A stretch of DNA of 64,000 nucleotides from Gammaproteobacteria bacterium (GTDB lineage: Bacteria; Pseudomonadota; Gammaproteobacteria; CAJXQU01). The notes under the pieces are model-generated. The model saw only the letters and a program-made list of their open reading frames with translations. It was not told the DNA's origin and made no database searches. The position numbers and the translations under genes are program-made. Positions 1 to 10,901 of this stretch are shown piece after piece. The stretch is taken from the NCBI GenBank assembly GCA_045110495.1, contig JBGCGE010000045.1, positions 10,462-74,461 on the forward strand, read 5' to 3'. How positions within the stretch are numbered: the first letter of the stretch is position 1; every line of letters begins with the position of its first letter.

Positions 1-1733
1 CGAACTACCTAAAAAATTCTTACCTTGTCGATTTTGATGTCCAATTTAACAATTCACTTTATGAGTTATACGATTCACTAGATGTCATCGATCACAGTCT
101 TGATACAATACCATTTGATCCAATATCGACCGTGCTAATCATGCTAGATGTCAAATATCTTGGCAAATCTCCTGAAGAGAATTTCAAAAATGTTAAGGCA
201 TTATTTCCAGATTGCCCAATCATTGCTATTGCGGAATTTTTCTCTGAAGAATTATCAGATCTAGCTGGGAGGATGGGAGCATATGGAATTCTTGAAAAAC
301 AGGATCTTACCCAAGAGAGGGTTATTAACTCTGTCTCACACTGTTTTTCACTTCAAAATAATTTAAAAGCAGTCTACGAAAAAGCTAATTATGATGCGTT
401 AACTGGCCTTGCAAATCGATCACTATTTTTTGATCGTGTTGAACATGCAATCTCACGTTCAGTTAGAACCAATACTTGTAATGCCTTGCTGATCATTGAC
501 ATGGATGATTTCAAAGGAATTAATGATCACTACGGACATGATATCGGTGATCTTTTTCTACAGGAAATAGCTGCTCGACAGCTAAATTGTGTGCGCAAGA
601 GTGACACAGTTTCCCGCTTGGGCGGAGATGAATTTGCGATCTTACTAGAAGGATTAGCTTCACCAGGCATTGCCAACCTGGTCGCTAAAAAAATTCTTGA
701 GAGTTGTTGTGAGGCGATGTTCTTGAAAGGAAACAAGATAGTACCTTCGATGAGTATCGGTATTTCTACGCTATCAAATGATAATAGTAATCGCTTCAGT
801 AGTGACTGGTTATTCAAATCAGCCGATACAGCACTTTATCGTGCAAAACATGCCGGCAAGAATACCTACGTCGTCTTTACTGATGCAGATGATCACCAGA
901 TGATTCGTACACTGGCCCTTGAAGATCAACTTATCCATGCGGTTAAAAATAATGAGTTCCTGCTTCACTATCAGCCTATCTTTCATTCTGATACAAAAGT
1001 GCTGGCAGGATTTGAAGCGTTATTGCGGTGGAGAAAATCGAAAGATGATCTTGTTCTACCTGATGAATTTATTGGTGTACTTGAACGTCTTGGCTTAATG
1101 AAAGAAGTTGGCGAGCGTGTCATGAAAGATACGCTTGAACAGTATGCAAAATGGCGAGAGGTTGGTATGGAAAGAGTGACGATGCATATCAATATCGCAC
1201 CTGGACAGTTTATCTCCGATAGCTTTTCTGAGAGCCTGAAGCAAAACTTGGAAAGTCTGCAAATTTCTCCAGAAGATGTCAGTCTTGAATTAACAGAGAG
1301 ACACTTGTTCTCAAGTTCAAAAAATCTTGATCGGGAACTTAACAAATTACACCTTCTTGGAGTCGGAGTAGCGATTGATGATTTTGGGACGGGCCACAGT
1401 TCATACGATTATCTTAAAAGATTTAATATAGAAACGATAAAGCTGGATAAGAGTTTTATCCACGCCATGTTTGAAAGTCCAATAGATATGGCGATTATTC
1501 ATTCTATTATTAAGTTATCTCAGGATCTTGGTATTAACATCGTTGCCGAGGGCATTGAAAGCACAGAGCAAATGGATTATCTCATCGGTCATGGTGTTGA
1601 TGAGATCCAGGGCTTCCTTTTGGGTCGGCCTCTTGAGGCGATCGATTGTCAAAAACGTTTTTGTTCTAAAAAGCCAGCAGTGGAGGATATAACTACCCTG
1701 GAAAAAACAAAACAAATATTAACTTCTGCATAA
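1..1733 (+). CDS. Receiver-GGDEF-EAL c-di-GMP signalling protein. The reading frame is open from base 3, so the 5' end lies outside the window.
   Basis: Translation has RLGGDEFAILLEG (GGDEF motif) and EALLRW plus downstream EAL-domain motifs (DDFGTG, EGIES). The N-terminal DTIPFDPISTVLIMLD resembles the C-terminal half of a receiver domain. Upstream of the listed ATG at 132 the frame has no stop. Confidence 0.85.
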   Translation, partial: NYLKNSYLVDFDVQFNNSLYELYDSLDVIDHSLDTIPFDPISTVLIMLDVKYLGKSPEENFKNVKALFPDCPIIAIAEFFSEELSDLAGRMGAYGILEKQDLTQERVINSVSHCFSLQNNLKAVYEKANYDALTGLANRSLFFDRVEHAISRSVRTNTCNALLIIDMDDFKGINDHYGHDIGDLFLQEIAARQLNCVRKSDTVSRLGGDEFAILLEGLASPGIANLVAKKILESCCEAMFLKGNKIVPSMSIGISTLSNDNSNRFSSDWLFKSADTALYRAKHAGKNTYVVFTDADDHQMIRTLALEDQLIHAVKNNEFLLHYQPIFHSDTKVLAGFEALLRWRKSKDDLVLPDEFIGVLERLGLMKEVGERVMKDTLEQYAKWREVGMERVTMHINIAPGQFISDSFSESLKQNLESLQISPEDVSLELTERHLFSSSKNLDRELNKLHLLGVGVAIDDFGTGHSSYDYLKRFNIETIKLDKSFIHAMFESPIDMAIIHSIIKLSQDLGINIVAEGIESTEQMDYLIGHGVDEIQGFLLGRPLEAIDCQKRFCSKKPAVEDITTLEKTKQILTSA

Positions 1734-1930
1734 CTCTGTTGTTTATCTATCGCTTTATGGCTCTATACATCAAATGCTAACGAATTGATCGTCCCAAGGT
1801 TACTGCTCGATGTTGGTAATGTGTTTGGTTATAAACAGGGTAAGTTAATGGCTGGTATTGAGTACCAATACTGGCATAATAAGTTTGGAATTAAAGGTGT
1901 CACAGAATCAGTCGTACAAGCTCAACTCAT

Positions 1931-3190
1931 GTGGAAGTTTTAATGATGAAAGGAATAGTATTATTTTCTCTCTTTTTAATAAACCTGGCAGTTTGTGCAG
2001 GAGAGTTGAATGACAATAAGGTTGAAAACAATGTAATACGCATTTATCAGGACGCCGATCTTACTAATCATCTTGAATCTTCCGAGGCTATCCAGAAAGG
2101 TATCGAAGTCGCGTTTGATGAAGTCGAAAACCGAGTTGCAGGATACAAAGTCGAGTTTAAATATCTGAACCATCGCGGTAATGTGGTACGTAGCAAGAAA
2201 AATTATGAATCTTTTCTGGCAGATCCAGAAGCGTTAGCCATTTTTTCAGGAATACACTCCCCGCCGTTGATCAAAAACCGTACTTTTATTAATGAGAATC
2301 AAGCACTGACATTAGTGCCGTGGGCTGCGGGTGGACCGATCACGCGCTATCCATCAACCGAGAATTGGGTGTTCCGTTTGTCTATAGATGATACCCAGGC
2401 TGGCCCGGTAATTGTAGATTTTGCACTGGAAGAGAAGCAGTGTCGGGCACCACACTTGTTACTCGAAGCAACGCCGTGGGGTGATTCAAATTTAGAGAGT
2501 ATGTTAAAAGCATTGAGCGTGCAGGGTATTTCAATTCCGGGAGTCACACGATTCGGTTGGAATATACGGGAGCAGGGAGCACGCTTTTTGTTACGGAAAA
2601 TTGCAGCTAGTAACTATGACTGCGTGATCCTGGTTGCTAATGCTATCGAGGGAGCTGTTATTACCCAGTCAATGATCGATCTACCAGAGGAGCAAAGATT
2701 ACCGATCATTAGCCACTGGGGCATAACCGGTGGAAATTTTCATGAGAAAATTACGGTGGAAAAACGAGAGGAAATTGATCTTTCTTTTATTCAAACATGT
2801 TTTGCATTCACCGATAAAAACAGGAGTGATTTTTCTGGCAATGTTTTTGATCGCTTGAAAAAGATATCAGGCGATTCAATAAAAGAAGCAAAAGATCTAA
2901 AATCTGCCGTCGGATTTATTCATGCTTATGATCTAACAAAACTGCTAATTCAGGCGATCAACCAAGCTGGTTTGACGGGAAATCGCCATGCTGATCGGAA
3001 TGCCATACGTCTTGCACTGGAAAACCTCAAGCAGCCGGTGCAGGGTTTGGTTAAGTTATATGAAAAACCCTTCGTAGAGTTTGATTTGGATAATAATGTG
3101 AATGGTCATGAAGCACTACATAGTGATCATTACTGTATGGCGCGTTACGGATCTCAGGATGAGATTGACATTATAGAACGCTCTCAATAG
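1931..3190 (+). CDS. Periplasmic solute-binding protein (type 1 periplasmic-binding fold, Leu/Ile/Val-binding-like), probably a sensor partner of the downstream kinase.
   Basis: N-terminal signal peptide, length 419 aa, composition typical of ABC-type substrate-binding proteins. Immediately precedes and overlaps the start of a CHASE-domain histidine kinase. Confidence 0.55.
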   Translation: MEVLMMKGIVLFSLFLINLAVCAGELNDNKVENNVIRIYQDADLTNHLESSEAIQKGIEVAFDEVENRVAGYKVEFKYLNHRGNVVRSKKNYESFLADPEALAIFSGIHSPPLIKNRTFINENQALTLVPWAAGGPITRYPSTENWVFRLSIDDTQAGPVIVDFALEEKQCRAPHLLLEATPWGDSNLESMLKALSVQGISIPGVTRFGWNIREQGARFLLRKIAASNYDCVILVANAIEGAVITQSMIDLPEEQRLPIISHWGITGGNFHEKITVEKREEIDLSFIQTCFAFTDKNRSDFSGNVFDRLKKISGDSIKEAKDLKSAVGFIHAYDLTKLLIQAINQAGLTGNRHADRNAIRLALENLKQPVQGLVKLYEKPFVEFDLDNNVNGHEALHSDHYCMARYGSQDEIDIIERSQ

Positions 3191-6100
3191 TGAGAGAAAA
3201 ACTCAAAAAATTTAAAAGCCTGGATAAATCCGTTTTGCGGGTTTTCGTTATATTTCTGACCGGATTTTTTTTACTTTCCACGTTACTAACTTCTTTTGTT
3301 TTACTTCCAAAAATCCATCAGGCATTTGAACAACAGCATGTTACTGTTACAAATGTAGCCGCCAAGATAGAAGTTGAATTGTTAAGGCGGTTTATTGAGA
3401 GCTACAGTAGAGTTTTGTCAGATCTGGGCGATTTTCCAGTAATTGTAAATGCGGCTTTACTGGCTTCAGCTAACAATCCTGATTTTATTGACCTGGTAGA
3501 TAATTTTTCAATATCCGGTCAAAAATCCCCACTTGTTTTGCAGGATATTTCCGGCGAGTTTATCTATCAAACAAACAAACAATTGAGAGGCTCATACAAT
3601 GCGAATGAGCCATGGGTAAAAGCGCTGCTGGCTGGTGATCTGCTTTATCATTTTGAGTTGTTAGAACAAAGGGGAAATCAATTTAGTTTTGTGATCTCTA
3701 TCCCTGTTAAGTATGGTCTGAGTATTGAAGGTATTTTAAGTACTGAAATAAGTGTGGATTCAAACACAATTTTCAGTCCGAATCTTAGTCAAGAAGGTGT
3801 TGCGATCAGGTTGACGCAAGGTTTGGTGTCGGTCCAAACAAGTAATGATCATATTCTCTTACCGCGTGAGTTTTCGATAGAACTAGCTGAGCATGATCTC
3901 ACCTTGACCTATATATCTGATCATTCGCCGGTAATAGCTGCGGAAGATAGACTTAAAGAAACTGTCCTCTATACCTTATTTGTGGGGCTGGTTATCTCAT
4001 TCCTGATTTTTGTTGTTTTTGCTTACCGGATACTCGCCGATAACGGCGATGTGAAAGTAGTTCATGAAAATAAGCGTCGCGTTTATGCCATACCTGCATT
4101 TATTGGGTTGTTGGGTATTATGACGGCTATCGCGGCATATATGGCTTTTAAGAATCACCAGGAGCAAGCAATAAAGCAAACAATACTTTCTGATACATCG
4201 GAGCAAATACGTGTTGTTAAAGAAGAAGTAGCTTCGAATCTTTATGATTTACAGTCATTAAAAGCATTTTACGATGCGTCAGAAACGATCGGTCGAAAAG
4301 AGTTCAGCACGTTTACAAGAGCGCTACTAGAGAATAATGCAGATATTAAAGCATTGGAATGGATCCCCAAAATACCTCACAACAAGCGTGAAGAGTATGA
4401 ATTAAAAGCTCGAACAGAAGGTTTGCCAGATTTTAATATTACTCAGCGTGAACGACAGGGTGTTATGGTTCCAGCATCGGTGCGAGATGTTTATTTCCCT
4501 GTTTATTATCTCGAACCACTCGAGGGCAACCAGGCTTCTGTAGGGTTTGATTTGTCATCAAATGCTAAACGATTGAGGGCTTTGCATCTGGCAAGAGACA
4601 GCGGGAAATGGATGGTGACTTCACCCGTAAAACTTGTGCAGGAAGGTGTTGAAGAGCAAGCTGGAGTACTGGTGTTTTATCCCATTTATGAGGGGGTCAA
4701 TTTTTACAACACCAGCACAGCTCGTGCAAAACATCTGAAAGGATTTGTAGTGATGGTTCTAGGCATTGGTGACATGGTTAATCGTGCGCTCAGAGGGAAG
4801 AATAATAAAGTAAACCTGCAGATTGAAGATATAACTGCTACGCCAGAGAATATTTTTGGTTCTAAGCAATCATCTGCGAATCAGGAGACATTTTCTACAA
4901 GTGTATTAGATATTGCAGGTCGCCAGTGGAAGTTTACCGCGACTTCAAATTTAGACGCATATGTTGATCAAAAAACTTTCCTGCCTTTGTTTGTCCTGAT
5001 TGGCGGGCTTATTTTTACTGCCTTTATCGTATATGCGCTAAGCTATCTTATTCGACGCCGACAGATAATTGAGGGCATTGTTGAGCAGCGAACTGAAGAG
5101 CTTGAGGATGTTAAGAGTTTCCAGGATTTGATTATGTCAAATATTCCTGATCTTCTTTTCGTCAAGGATGAAGATTTTAGAATAGTACAGGCAAACCCCG
5201 CATTTCTGGAAGTTTATCCCGAAGATAAAAGGGATGCGGTGATAGGTTATACAACCCTGGAAGAATATGATCCTGAAGATGCAGAAGAGTTTCTTAAGCA
5301 CGACACGCAAGCATTAGAAAGAGGTTATTCTGAAGTTGAAGAGAGTATTAATTTCCCCGACGGTAAAAGCAGAATATTGTTTACTAAAAAAGTGCGTTTT
5401 GAAGATAAACGGGGAAATAAGTTTGTACTTGGCCTTGGACGAGATATCACAGATATCAAGCTTGCTGAAGCAGCACTGATACAAAGTGAAGAGCGCTACG
5501 AATTAGCTGTCCGTGGTTCTGCCGTTGGATTGTGGGACTGGAATATTAAAGAGAATAAATTATTCTGGGCAGATCGATTCAAGCAAATTATTGGTATTAC
5601 AGATAAAAGCTTTATCCCCAAATTTGAGGATTTTTCAGAACGATTACACCCGGAAGATAAAGAAAAAACTCTTGATGCACTGATGAGTCATGTTGAGAAT
5701 AGAACGCCGTATGATGTTGATTATCGCTTAAAACATACTGATGGCACTTATGTCTGGATCCATTCTCGAGGGCAAGCACTCTGGGATGATGAGGGTAATG
5801 CAACAAGAGTCGCTGGATCCGTGGATGATATCTCTGACAAGAAGAAGGCAGAGATAGAACTTTTACGCACTAATATAGAACTCGAAAGGTTTGCCTATGT
5901 TGCGTCGCATGACTTACAAGAGCCTTTACGTATGGTGAGTAGCTTTACGGCATTACTTGAAAAACACTATGCAGATAAGTTGGATGATCAAGCAAAAGAA
6001 TACATCACTTATGCTAGCGATGGCGCTCGCAGAATGCAGGGTTTGGTTGAGGACTTATTGGAATATGCGCGCTCAGGACAGGACGCAGAGCATTATGAAA

Positions 6101-6558
6101 GTGTCGATGCAAACGATGTCTTGAACTTTATTCAGGAAAACCTTAAAGAGGCTATCGATAGCTCAAATGCGCGTATAACTCATGACGCATTGCCGGTAAT
6201 TTTTACTAATCCAATTCGTTTTATGCGTGTTTTACAAAATCTTGTTGGTAATGCGTTGAAGTACCGTACTGTTGGAGTACGGTCAGAGGTTCATATAAGT
6301 GCCGCTCGAGAGGGAGATGAATGGTTATTTTCCGTTAAAGACAATGGTATTGGTATGCGACAGGAATATGGAGAGAAAATATTTGAGCCATTCAAGCGTC
6401 TACATGGAAAAACTGAATATTCGGGTACAGGAATGGGGCTTGCTATTTGTCGGAAAATCATAGAAGGTTTCGGGGGTAAGATTTACGTTGAGTCAGAACT
6501 TGAAAAAGGCAGCACATTTTATTTCACGATACCCGTGGGGAAAGAAAATAAAATATAA
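3190..6558 (+). CDS. Sensor histidine kinase with two TM segments, a periplasmic CHASE-like domain, PAS domains, a HisKA domain and an HATPase_c domain.
   Basis: GTG start overlaps the preceding stop. Periplasmic region (YFPVYYLEPLEGNQASVGFD... KWMVTSPVKL) is CHASE-like. PAS repeats are present. H-box is FAYVASHDLQEPLRMV. G-boxes are DNGIGM and GTGMGLAICRKI. Confidence 0.85.
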   Translation: MREKLKKFKSLDKSVLRVFVIFLTGFFLLSTLLTSFVLLPKIHQAFEQQHVTVTNVAAKIEVELLRRFIESYSRVLSDLGDFPVIVNAALLASANNPDFIDLVDNFSISGQKSPLVLQDISGEFIYQTNKQLRGSYNANEPWVKALLAGDLLYHFELLEQRGNQFSFVISIPVKYGLSIEGILSTEISVDSNTIFSPNLSQEGVAIRLTQGLVSVQTSNDHILLPREFSIELAEHDLTLTYISDHSPVIAAEDRLKETVLYTLFVGLVISFLIFVVFAYRILADNGDVKVVHENKRRVYAIPAFIGLLGIMTAIAAYMAFKNHQEQAIKQTILSDTSEQIRVVKEEVASNLYDLQSLKAFYDASETIGRKEFSTFTRALLENNADIKALEWIPKIPHNKREEYELKARTEGLPDFNITQRERQGVMVPASVRDVYFPVYYLEPLEGNQASVGFDLSSNAKRLRALHLARDSGKWMVTSPVKLVQEGVEEQAGVLVFYPIYEGVNFYNTSTARAKHLKGFVVMVLGIGDMVNRALRGKNNKVNLQIEDITATPENIFGSKQSSANQETFSTSVLDIAGRQWKFTATSNLDAYVDQKTFLPLFVLIGGLIFTAFIVYALSYLIRRRQIIEGIVEQRTEELEDVKSFQDLIMSNIPDLLFVKDEDFRIVQANPAFLEVYPEDKRDAVIGYTTLEEYDPEDAEEFLKHDTQALERGYSEVEESINFPDGKSRILFTKKVRFEDKRGNKFVLGLGRDITDIKLAEAALIQSEERYELAVRGSAVGLWDWNIKENKLFWADRFKQIIGITDKSFIPKFEDFSERLHPEDKEKTLDALMSHVENRTPYDVDYRLKHTDGTYVWIHSRGQALWDDEGNATRVAGSVDDISDKKKAEIELLRTNIELERFAYVASHDLQEPLRMVSSFTALLEKHYADKLDDQAKEYITYASDGARRMQGLVEDLLEYARSGQDAEHYESVDANDVLNFIQENLKEAIDSSNARITHDALPVIFTNPIRFMRVLQNLVGNALKYRTVGVRSEVHISAAREGDEWLFSVKDNGIGMRQEYGEKIFEPFKRLHGKTEYSGTGMGLAICRKIIEGFGGKIYVESELEKGSTFYFTIPVGKENKI

Positions 6559-6575
6559 AAAATAGGGGAATTAAA

Positions 6576-7007
6576 TTGGAAAAATTTGCTGAGATACTTT
6601 TAGTAGAAGATAATCCTGGTGATGTACTTTTGACCAGGGAAGCTTTTTCCGAAGCTAAAATTAAGAATAACATCCATGTTGCGGCGGATGGAGAAGAAGC
6701 ACTGGCTTTCCTGAAAAGGCAAGAGGGTTATGAAAATGTAGCAACGCCAGATCTAATTCTGCTGGATCTTAATTTACCGAAACTGGATGGTCGTGAAGTA
6801 TTACAGGCAATTAAACGCGATGAAAATCTACGCCGTATACCTGTCGTTATTCTAACTAGTTCCAAAGCTGAACAAGATGTCCTGAAAACCTATGATCTAC
6901 ATGCAAATAGTTATCTCGTTAAACCTGTAGATTTGGAAAAGTTTGTAGAAGTGGTTAACGCGATTGAAAACTTCTGGTTTTCGGTTGTCGTATTGCCCGA
7001 AAAATAG
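6576..7007 (+). CDS. Single-domain response regulator (CheY-like receiver).
   Basis: ILLVEDNPGDV ... LILLDLNLPKLDG ... SYLVKP; 143 aa. Confidence 0.85.
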   Translation: MEKFAEILLVEDNPGDVLLTREAFSEAKIKNNIHVAADGEEALAFLKRQEGYENVATPDLILLDLNLPKLDGREVLQAIKRDENLRRIPVVILTSSKAEQDVLKTYDLHANSYLVKPVDLEKFVEVVNAIENFWFSVVVLPEK

Positions 7008-7112
7008 AAAAGCATAGGTGCAATGACTGGTCACTGAATATTTATTAAATAACGAAATCGGTAAAGATTATAGTAAGGAGTCCAGAGCCAGGTACATGAG
7101 TATTAATTTACG

Positions 7113-7143
7113 ATAAAAAGCGATTCACATATCGTTTTTAAAA
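7113..7143. terminator. Candidate bidirectional rho-independent terminator between two convergent genes.
   Basis: AAAAAGCGAT-tcacat-ATCGTTTTT: an imperfect hairpin flanked by an A-run on one side and a T-run on the other, between the response regulator (+) and the outer-membrane gene (-). Confidence 0.35.
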
Positions 7144-8508
7144 GTAAAAGGTGGTGTAAATTTCTATAATCTGAAAAGCCTCATTTCCACCTAAAGCAGT
7201 TTTAGCAGCTTCTTTTGGAATAGCTATTCCGTACAAAGCACCAACTTCCAGGTAATCATTTGGAGCCCAATCAACGTAAAGATTAATCTCATCAGCAAAA
7301 GTTCGATCACTAACAGGTTCACCGTAGTAATTCTTTTCATCAAGATCGAATTGAAAGTAGATCAAACCACCGCCCATTGATTCAGTTGGTTCAACAGAAA
7401 GTTGGAGCATGTGAGTTCTCTGATTACTATTGAAGAGAAGATATTCACCCACAATTTCGCCTTGAAACCAGCTTCCCCAGCCGCGACTGAATCCATAAAA
7501 TAATGGATCAAAACCTTCGTATTTATCGGTATCAGGATTGTCTCCAGAAAAATGGCTATAACGATAAGATAATGTTGGTGACCATGAAATATCTGAGAAC
7601 GTATAGGCCGCTTCAGCGTACCAACCATCTGCACTGATGTTGGTTTCATCACCGCCTGATTGCCGAACATATTCGCCAGCAAGAAATAAATCAGGTGTTT
7701 TTTCAAATGGATTACCTTGTGATCGTAAGCTCACAATAGACATGCCATCACGGACGTAATCACGTTCATCTGAATCAATTATCTGCATTAAGCTAAAACC
7801 TGTTGAGCCAGATTCTTCATTCGTTTTTTCAAGATTGAAACCGATTAATTCTGTATTGTCTTGATCTTTATCTGTGGTCAAATAGAAAATGTCTGCACGT
7901 AATGGTCCTGAATTAATTCGCAGGATAGCTGTGTTCTCAAAAGAATTACGCGGTGTAGTCCAATAGTTACCTTTTTCGAATTGATCAAGATTCCCATCCC
8001 AGATCAAAAAGCCATCACCAATTTGAAACTCCTGACGTCCAAAAGATAAATCGATCAAGTCTTCTGAAGAACCAGGTAACGAGCCAGAACGCCAGCCCGC
8101 AAAAAGGTATTCGGTAGATACATCCTCTTCATTACCAGTGACAAACCCACCTGGATCACCTTCACCTCTCGCGAGTCCAGCAACAATCCCAAGACCTGCA
8201 TAAAAAGTACCTGTGTTCTCTGATATGTATTGCGATTCAAGAACAGGTTTAATATATGCTTCGAAAGTTGTGATTGAGCTTGATCGTGTTTCTTCACTGA
8301 TAATATCAAACTGACCACTACCGAAATTTACATCATCAGCCTGAATGGCATAAACACTTGCTTCAAATGAAAAAGTAGTACTGAAACCATTTGAATTAAA
8401 CAGCTCAGTTTCTGCTAAAGCGAATGAAACTTTAAGTATCATAAAGGCACAAAATAACAACGTTTTTGTGAGGTAGTTGCGTTGAAAATTACAATAGCGA
8501 GATAACAT
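7138..8508 (-). CDS. Outer-membrane beta-barrel protein (porin-like; possibly alginate-export/AlgE-like family).
   Basis: Signal peptide, alternating amphipathic beta-strand pattern, aromatic-rich, C-terminal ...EIYTTFYF ending in Phe as is typical of OMPs. Confidence 0.55.
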   Translation of the reverse strand: MLSRYCNFQRNYLTKTLLFCAFMILKVSFALAETELFNSNGFSTTFSFEASVYAIQADDVNFGSGQFDIISEETRSSSITTFEAYIKPVLESQYISENTGTFYAGLGIVAGLARGEGDPGGFVTGNEEDVSTEYLFAGWRSGSLPGSSEDLIDLSFGRQEFQIGDGFLIWDGNLDQFEKGNYWTTPRNSFENTAILRINSGPLRADIFYLTTDKDQDNTELIGFNLEKTNEESGSTGFSLMQIIDSDERDYVRDGMSIVSLRSQGNPFEKTPDLFLAGEYVRQSGGDETNISADGWYAEAAYTFSDISWSPTLSYRYSHFSGDNPDTDKYEGFDPLFYGFSRGWGSWFQGEIVGEYLLFNSNQRTHMLQLSVEPTESMGGGLIYFQFDLDEKNYYGEPVSDRTFADEINLYVDWAPNDYLEVGALYGIAIPKEAAKTALGGNEAFQIIEIYTTFYF

Positions 8509-8603
8509 TATCTTCTCTCATCACTCTTTCTATTTGTGCTGGTCTAATTAGAATCTGATATTGGTTAGAAGTTGAATAAAAGAAGAGCTAAAACGTGCGC
8601 TAT

Positions 8604-8635
8604 ATACCAACGCAATAAACATTCCAGAAATTAAT
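8604..8635 (-). terminator. Rho-independent terminator downstream of the RR-PAS-GGDEF-EAL gene.
   Basis: Perfect 9-bp stem CATTCCAGA / TCTGGAATG with an 8-nt loop, followed on the minus strand by a U-rich tract (UUUAUUG). Confidence 0.5.
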
Positions 8636-8659
8636 ATCTGGAATGATTTATTTCAAATG

Positions 8660-10891
8660 TCAGGTTGTCTCGCTCTCTGTTACATCTAAAGTTTTTGCAG
8701 GATGACTATAAGAATTCTCTAGAAGCCAGGCAGTCATTTCACCAACGGTTACGGGTTTGTTTATGAAATAACCCTGGCCTATATCACAGCCAAAACTTTT
8801 CAATACTTCAATATGCTCAGCACTTTCAATGCCTTCAGCAACAACGCGGTAACCAAGGTTGTGCGCAAGATCGATAGTTGATTGAACGATAATTGGATCA
8901 CTTTCATTTTTAAGCATACTGACCACAAAAGATCGATCAATTTTAAGTTCATCTACAGGTAGTTTTTTCAGATAGGCTAATGATGAATATCCAGTTCCAA
9001 AATCATCAATGGAAAGATTAACTCCAAGCTTATCTAGCGAATGTAAAACGTTTAGCAGATTTTCTGAATCTTTCATAATGGCGCTTTCTGTAATCTCAAG
9101 CGTTAGAAAATGCGGTAAGATATCCCATTCTTTGAGTAAGCTATCCACAAGGATTGGCAAGCCTTTATCAGAAAGGTTTCTGGCAGAAAGGTTTACAGAT
9201 ATGTCTATTTCAACACCTTGTTTTTTCCACTCAGCTAATTGCTTAATAGCTGTACTCAGTGCCCATTTTGTAAGAGGTTGAATAAGACCGGAGCGTTCAG
9301 CGTGAATAATAAATTCATCTGGTGGAACGAAACCATATTCCTCATGCTCCCATCGCGCTAATGCTTCAACGCCACAAACTTGCTTCGTCTCCAAGTTGAT
9401 CTTTGGCTGGTAATGAAAAGTGAGCTGATCATTTTCGACAGCATTTCGTAACTCACCCGAAACGGCCAGACGGCGTAAACTATTATTATCTCTACTGCAA
9501 TCATAAAGTTGTACGCCCCCATGATTAGCTTTGGCCATGTACATCGCCACATCAGCACAGCGTAATAAAAGATCCGCTTGCTCTGCATGCTCCGGATAAA
9601 GAGCAATGCCTGCGCTCATTCCGACTTCCAGCATCATGCCCTCAATTTTGAAGTGTTCTTCCATGGCATTGAGCATACGATCTGATATTTCAATCGCGTT
9701 CTCAAGCGCACTGACAGCGGGTAACAAGACTGCAAATTCATCGCCGCCAAGTCGAGCGAGTGTATCTACTTCCCGGATCTGTTTTTTTAATCGAATGGCG
9801 ACTTGTTTTAATAACGTATCACCTGCTTGGTGTCCTAGTGTGTCATTGACTTCTTTGAAGTGATCAAGATCAATTAAAATCAAAGCAAAGGGTTCACCGC
9901 TGCGTTTCGCAACGTCAACCTCATGTTGCAATCGGTCATTTAGCAAAGAGCGATTAGGTAGATCAGTTAGTGTGTCATGTAACGCCAGATGCTGTACTAC
10001 TACCTGGTGTTCCTTTTCTGAGGTGAGATCTATCCAGGTACCGACATGCTCAAGTGGATAATTGTTATCATCATAAACTAGGGCAGACTCATCGTTGATC
10101 CATCGATATTCACCATCCTTATGCATGAAACGATATTCAACTCTGGATATTTCTGATGAAGAAAGCAGTGATATATGGTTTTTAAGTTGGTCTAGATCAT
10201 CTGGGTGAACCTTCGTTATCCAGAAATCTGGATCCTCGATAAATAACTTAGCTTCCCACCCCAATAGTCGGCGACTATTCTCGCTAACGTAATTGAATTC
10301 ACTAAATTTTGATGCGGAGCGACTGTAAATAACCGAAGGACTCGAAGACAACAGGTGTTGCATACGCTGCGAATTTGCCTGTAATGATCTGTCTGATACC
10401 CATTTCGCTGAAAGTGCATGCGCAAACTGAGTAAGCTCGTCTGGCTTAATGGGTTTCTGACAATACAATAATTTATCAACAGGTGGGACTTGCTGACCAA
10501 ATTCGCTGGGTTTGATATCCGAATAACCCGTTATAAAAACTATATTGAGATTAGCATCAATCTCACGGATCATTTTTGCCGTTTCGACTCCACTGATACC
10601 TGGCGGCATGCGCACATCCAGGAACGCGACTGAATAAGGTTGACCTTCATCAATTGCAGCACGTACTTTTTCTACAGCAATTTCTCCTTGTCGACAAAGA
10701 GTTACGTCGTAATTTGGTGAGGCATTGTTTTCAACAATTTCGGTATCCCCAAAAAGTTCGGCTTCTAGTGCTGATCGACTTTCTTTAGCTTGGATGACGC
10801 TTTCATTACCACCTAAGACAGAAGCATATTCATCCAGAATCGCTTGCTCATCATCAGCGATCAAAATTCGTGTTTGTAAATCTTTTGGCAT
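8660..10891 (-). CDS. Response regulator with receiver, PAS, GGDEF and EAL domains.
   Basis: N-terminal ILIADDEQAIL receiver with FLDVRMPPGISG. PAS region present. RLGGDEFAVLL (GGDEF motif). EALARW plus DDFGTGYSS (EAL domain). Confidence 0.85.
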   Translation of the reverse strand: MPKDLQTRILIADDEQAILDEYASVLGGNESVIQAKESRSALEAELFGDTEIVENNASPNYDVTLCRQGEIAVEKVRAAIDEGQPYSVAFLDVRMPPGISGVETAKMIREIDANLNIVFITGYSDIKPSEFGQQVPPVDKLLYCQKPIKPDELTQFAHALSAKWVSDRSLQANSQRMQHLLSSSPSVIYSRSASKFSEFNYVSENSRRLLGWEAKLFIEDPDFWITKVHPDDLDQLKNHISLLSSSEISRVEYRFMHKDGEYRWINDESALVYDDNNYPLEHVGTWIDLTSEKEHQVVVQHLALHDTLTDLPNRSLLNDRLQHEVDVAKRSGEPFALILIDLDHFKEVNDTLGHQAGDTLLKQVAIRLKKQIREVDTLARLGGDEFAVLLPAVSALENAIEISDRMLNAMEEHFKIEGMMLEVGMSAGIALYPEHAEQADLLLRCADVAMYMAKANHGGVQLYDCSRDNNSLRRLAVSGELRNAVENDQLTFHYQPKINLETKQVCGVEALARWEHEEYGFVPPDEFIIHAERSGLIQPLTKWALSTAIKQLAEWKKQGVEIDISVNLSARNLSDKGLPILVDSLLKEWDILPHFLTLEITESAIMKDSENLLNVLHSLDKLGVNLSIDDFGTGYSSLAYLKKLPVDELKIDRSFVVSMLKNESDPIIVQSTIDLAHNLGYRVVAEGIESAEHIEVLKSFGCDIGQGYFINKPVTVGEMTAWLLENSYSHPAKTLDVTESETT

Positions 10892-10901
10892 TTAGATTAT
10901 C

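Noticed and set aside
9009-9863. Several 80-90-aa ORFs antisense to the RR-GGDEF-EAL gene
   Set aside because: They are wholly contained within a strongly supported long CDS on the other strand, which is the typical pattern of antisense shadow ORFs. The same reasoning covers the small ORFs inside the HK, pqiB, purB, rdhA-like and ybbP genes.
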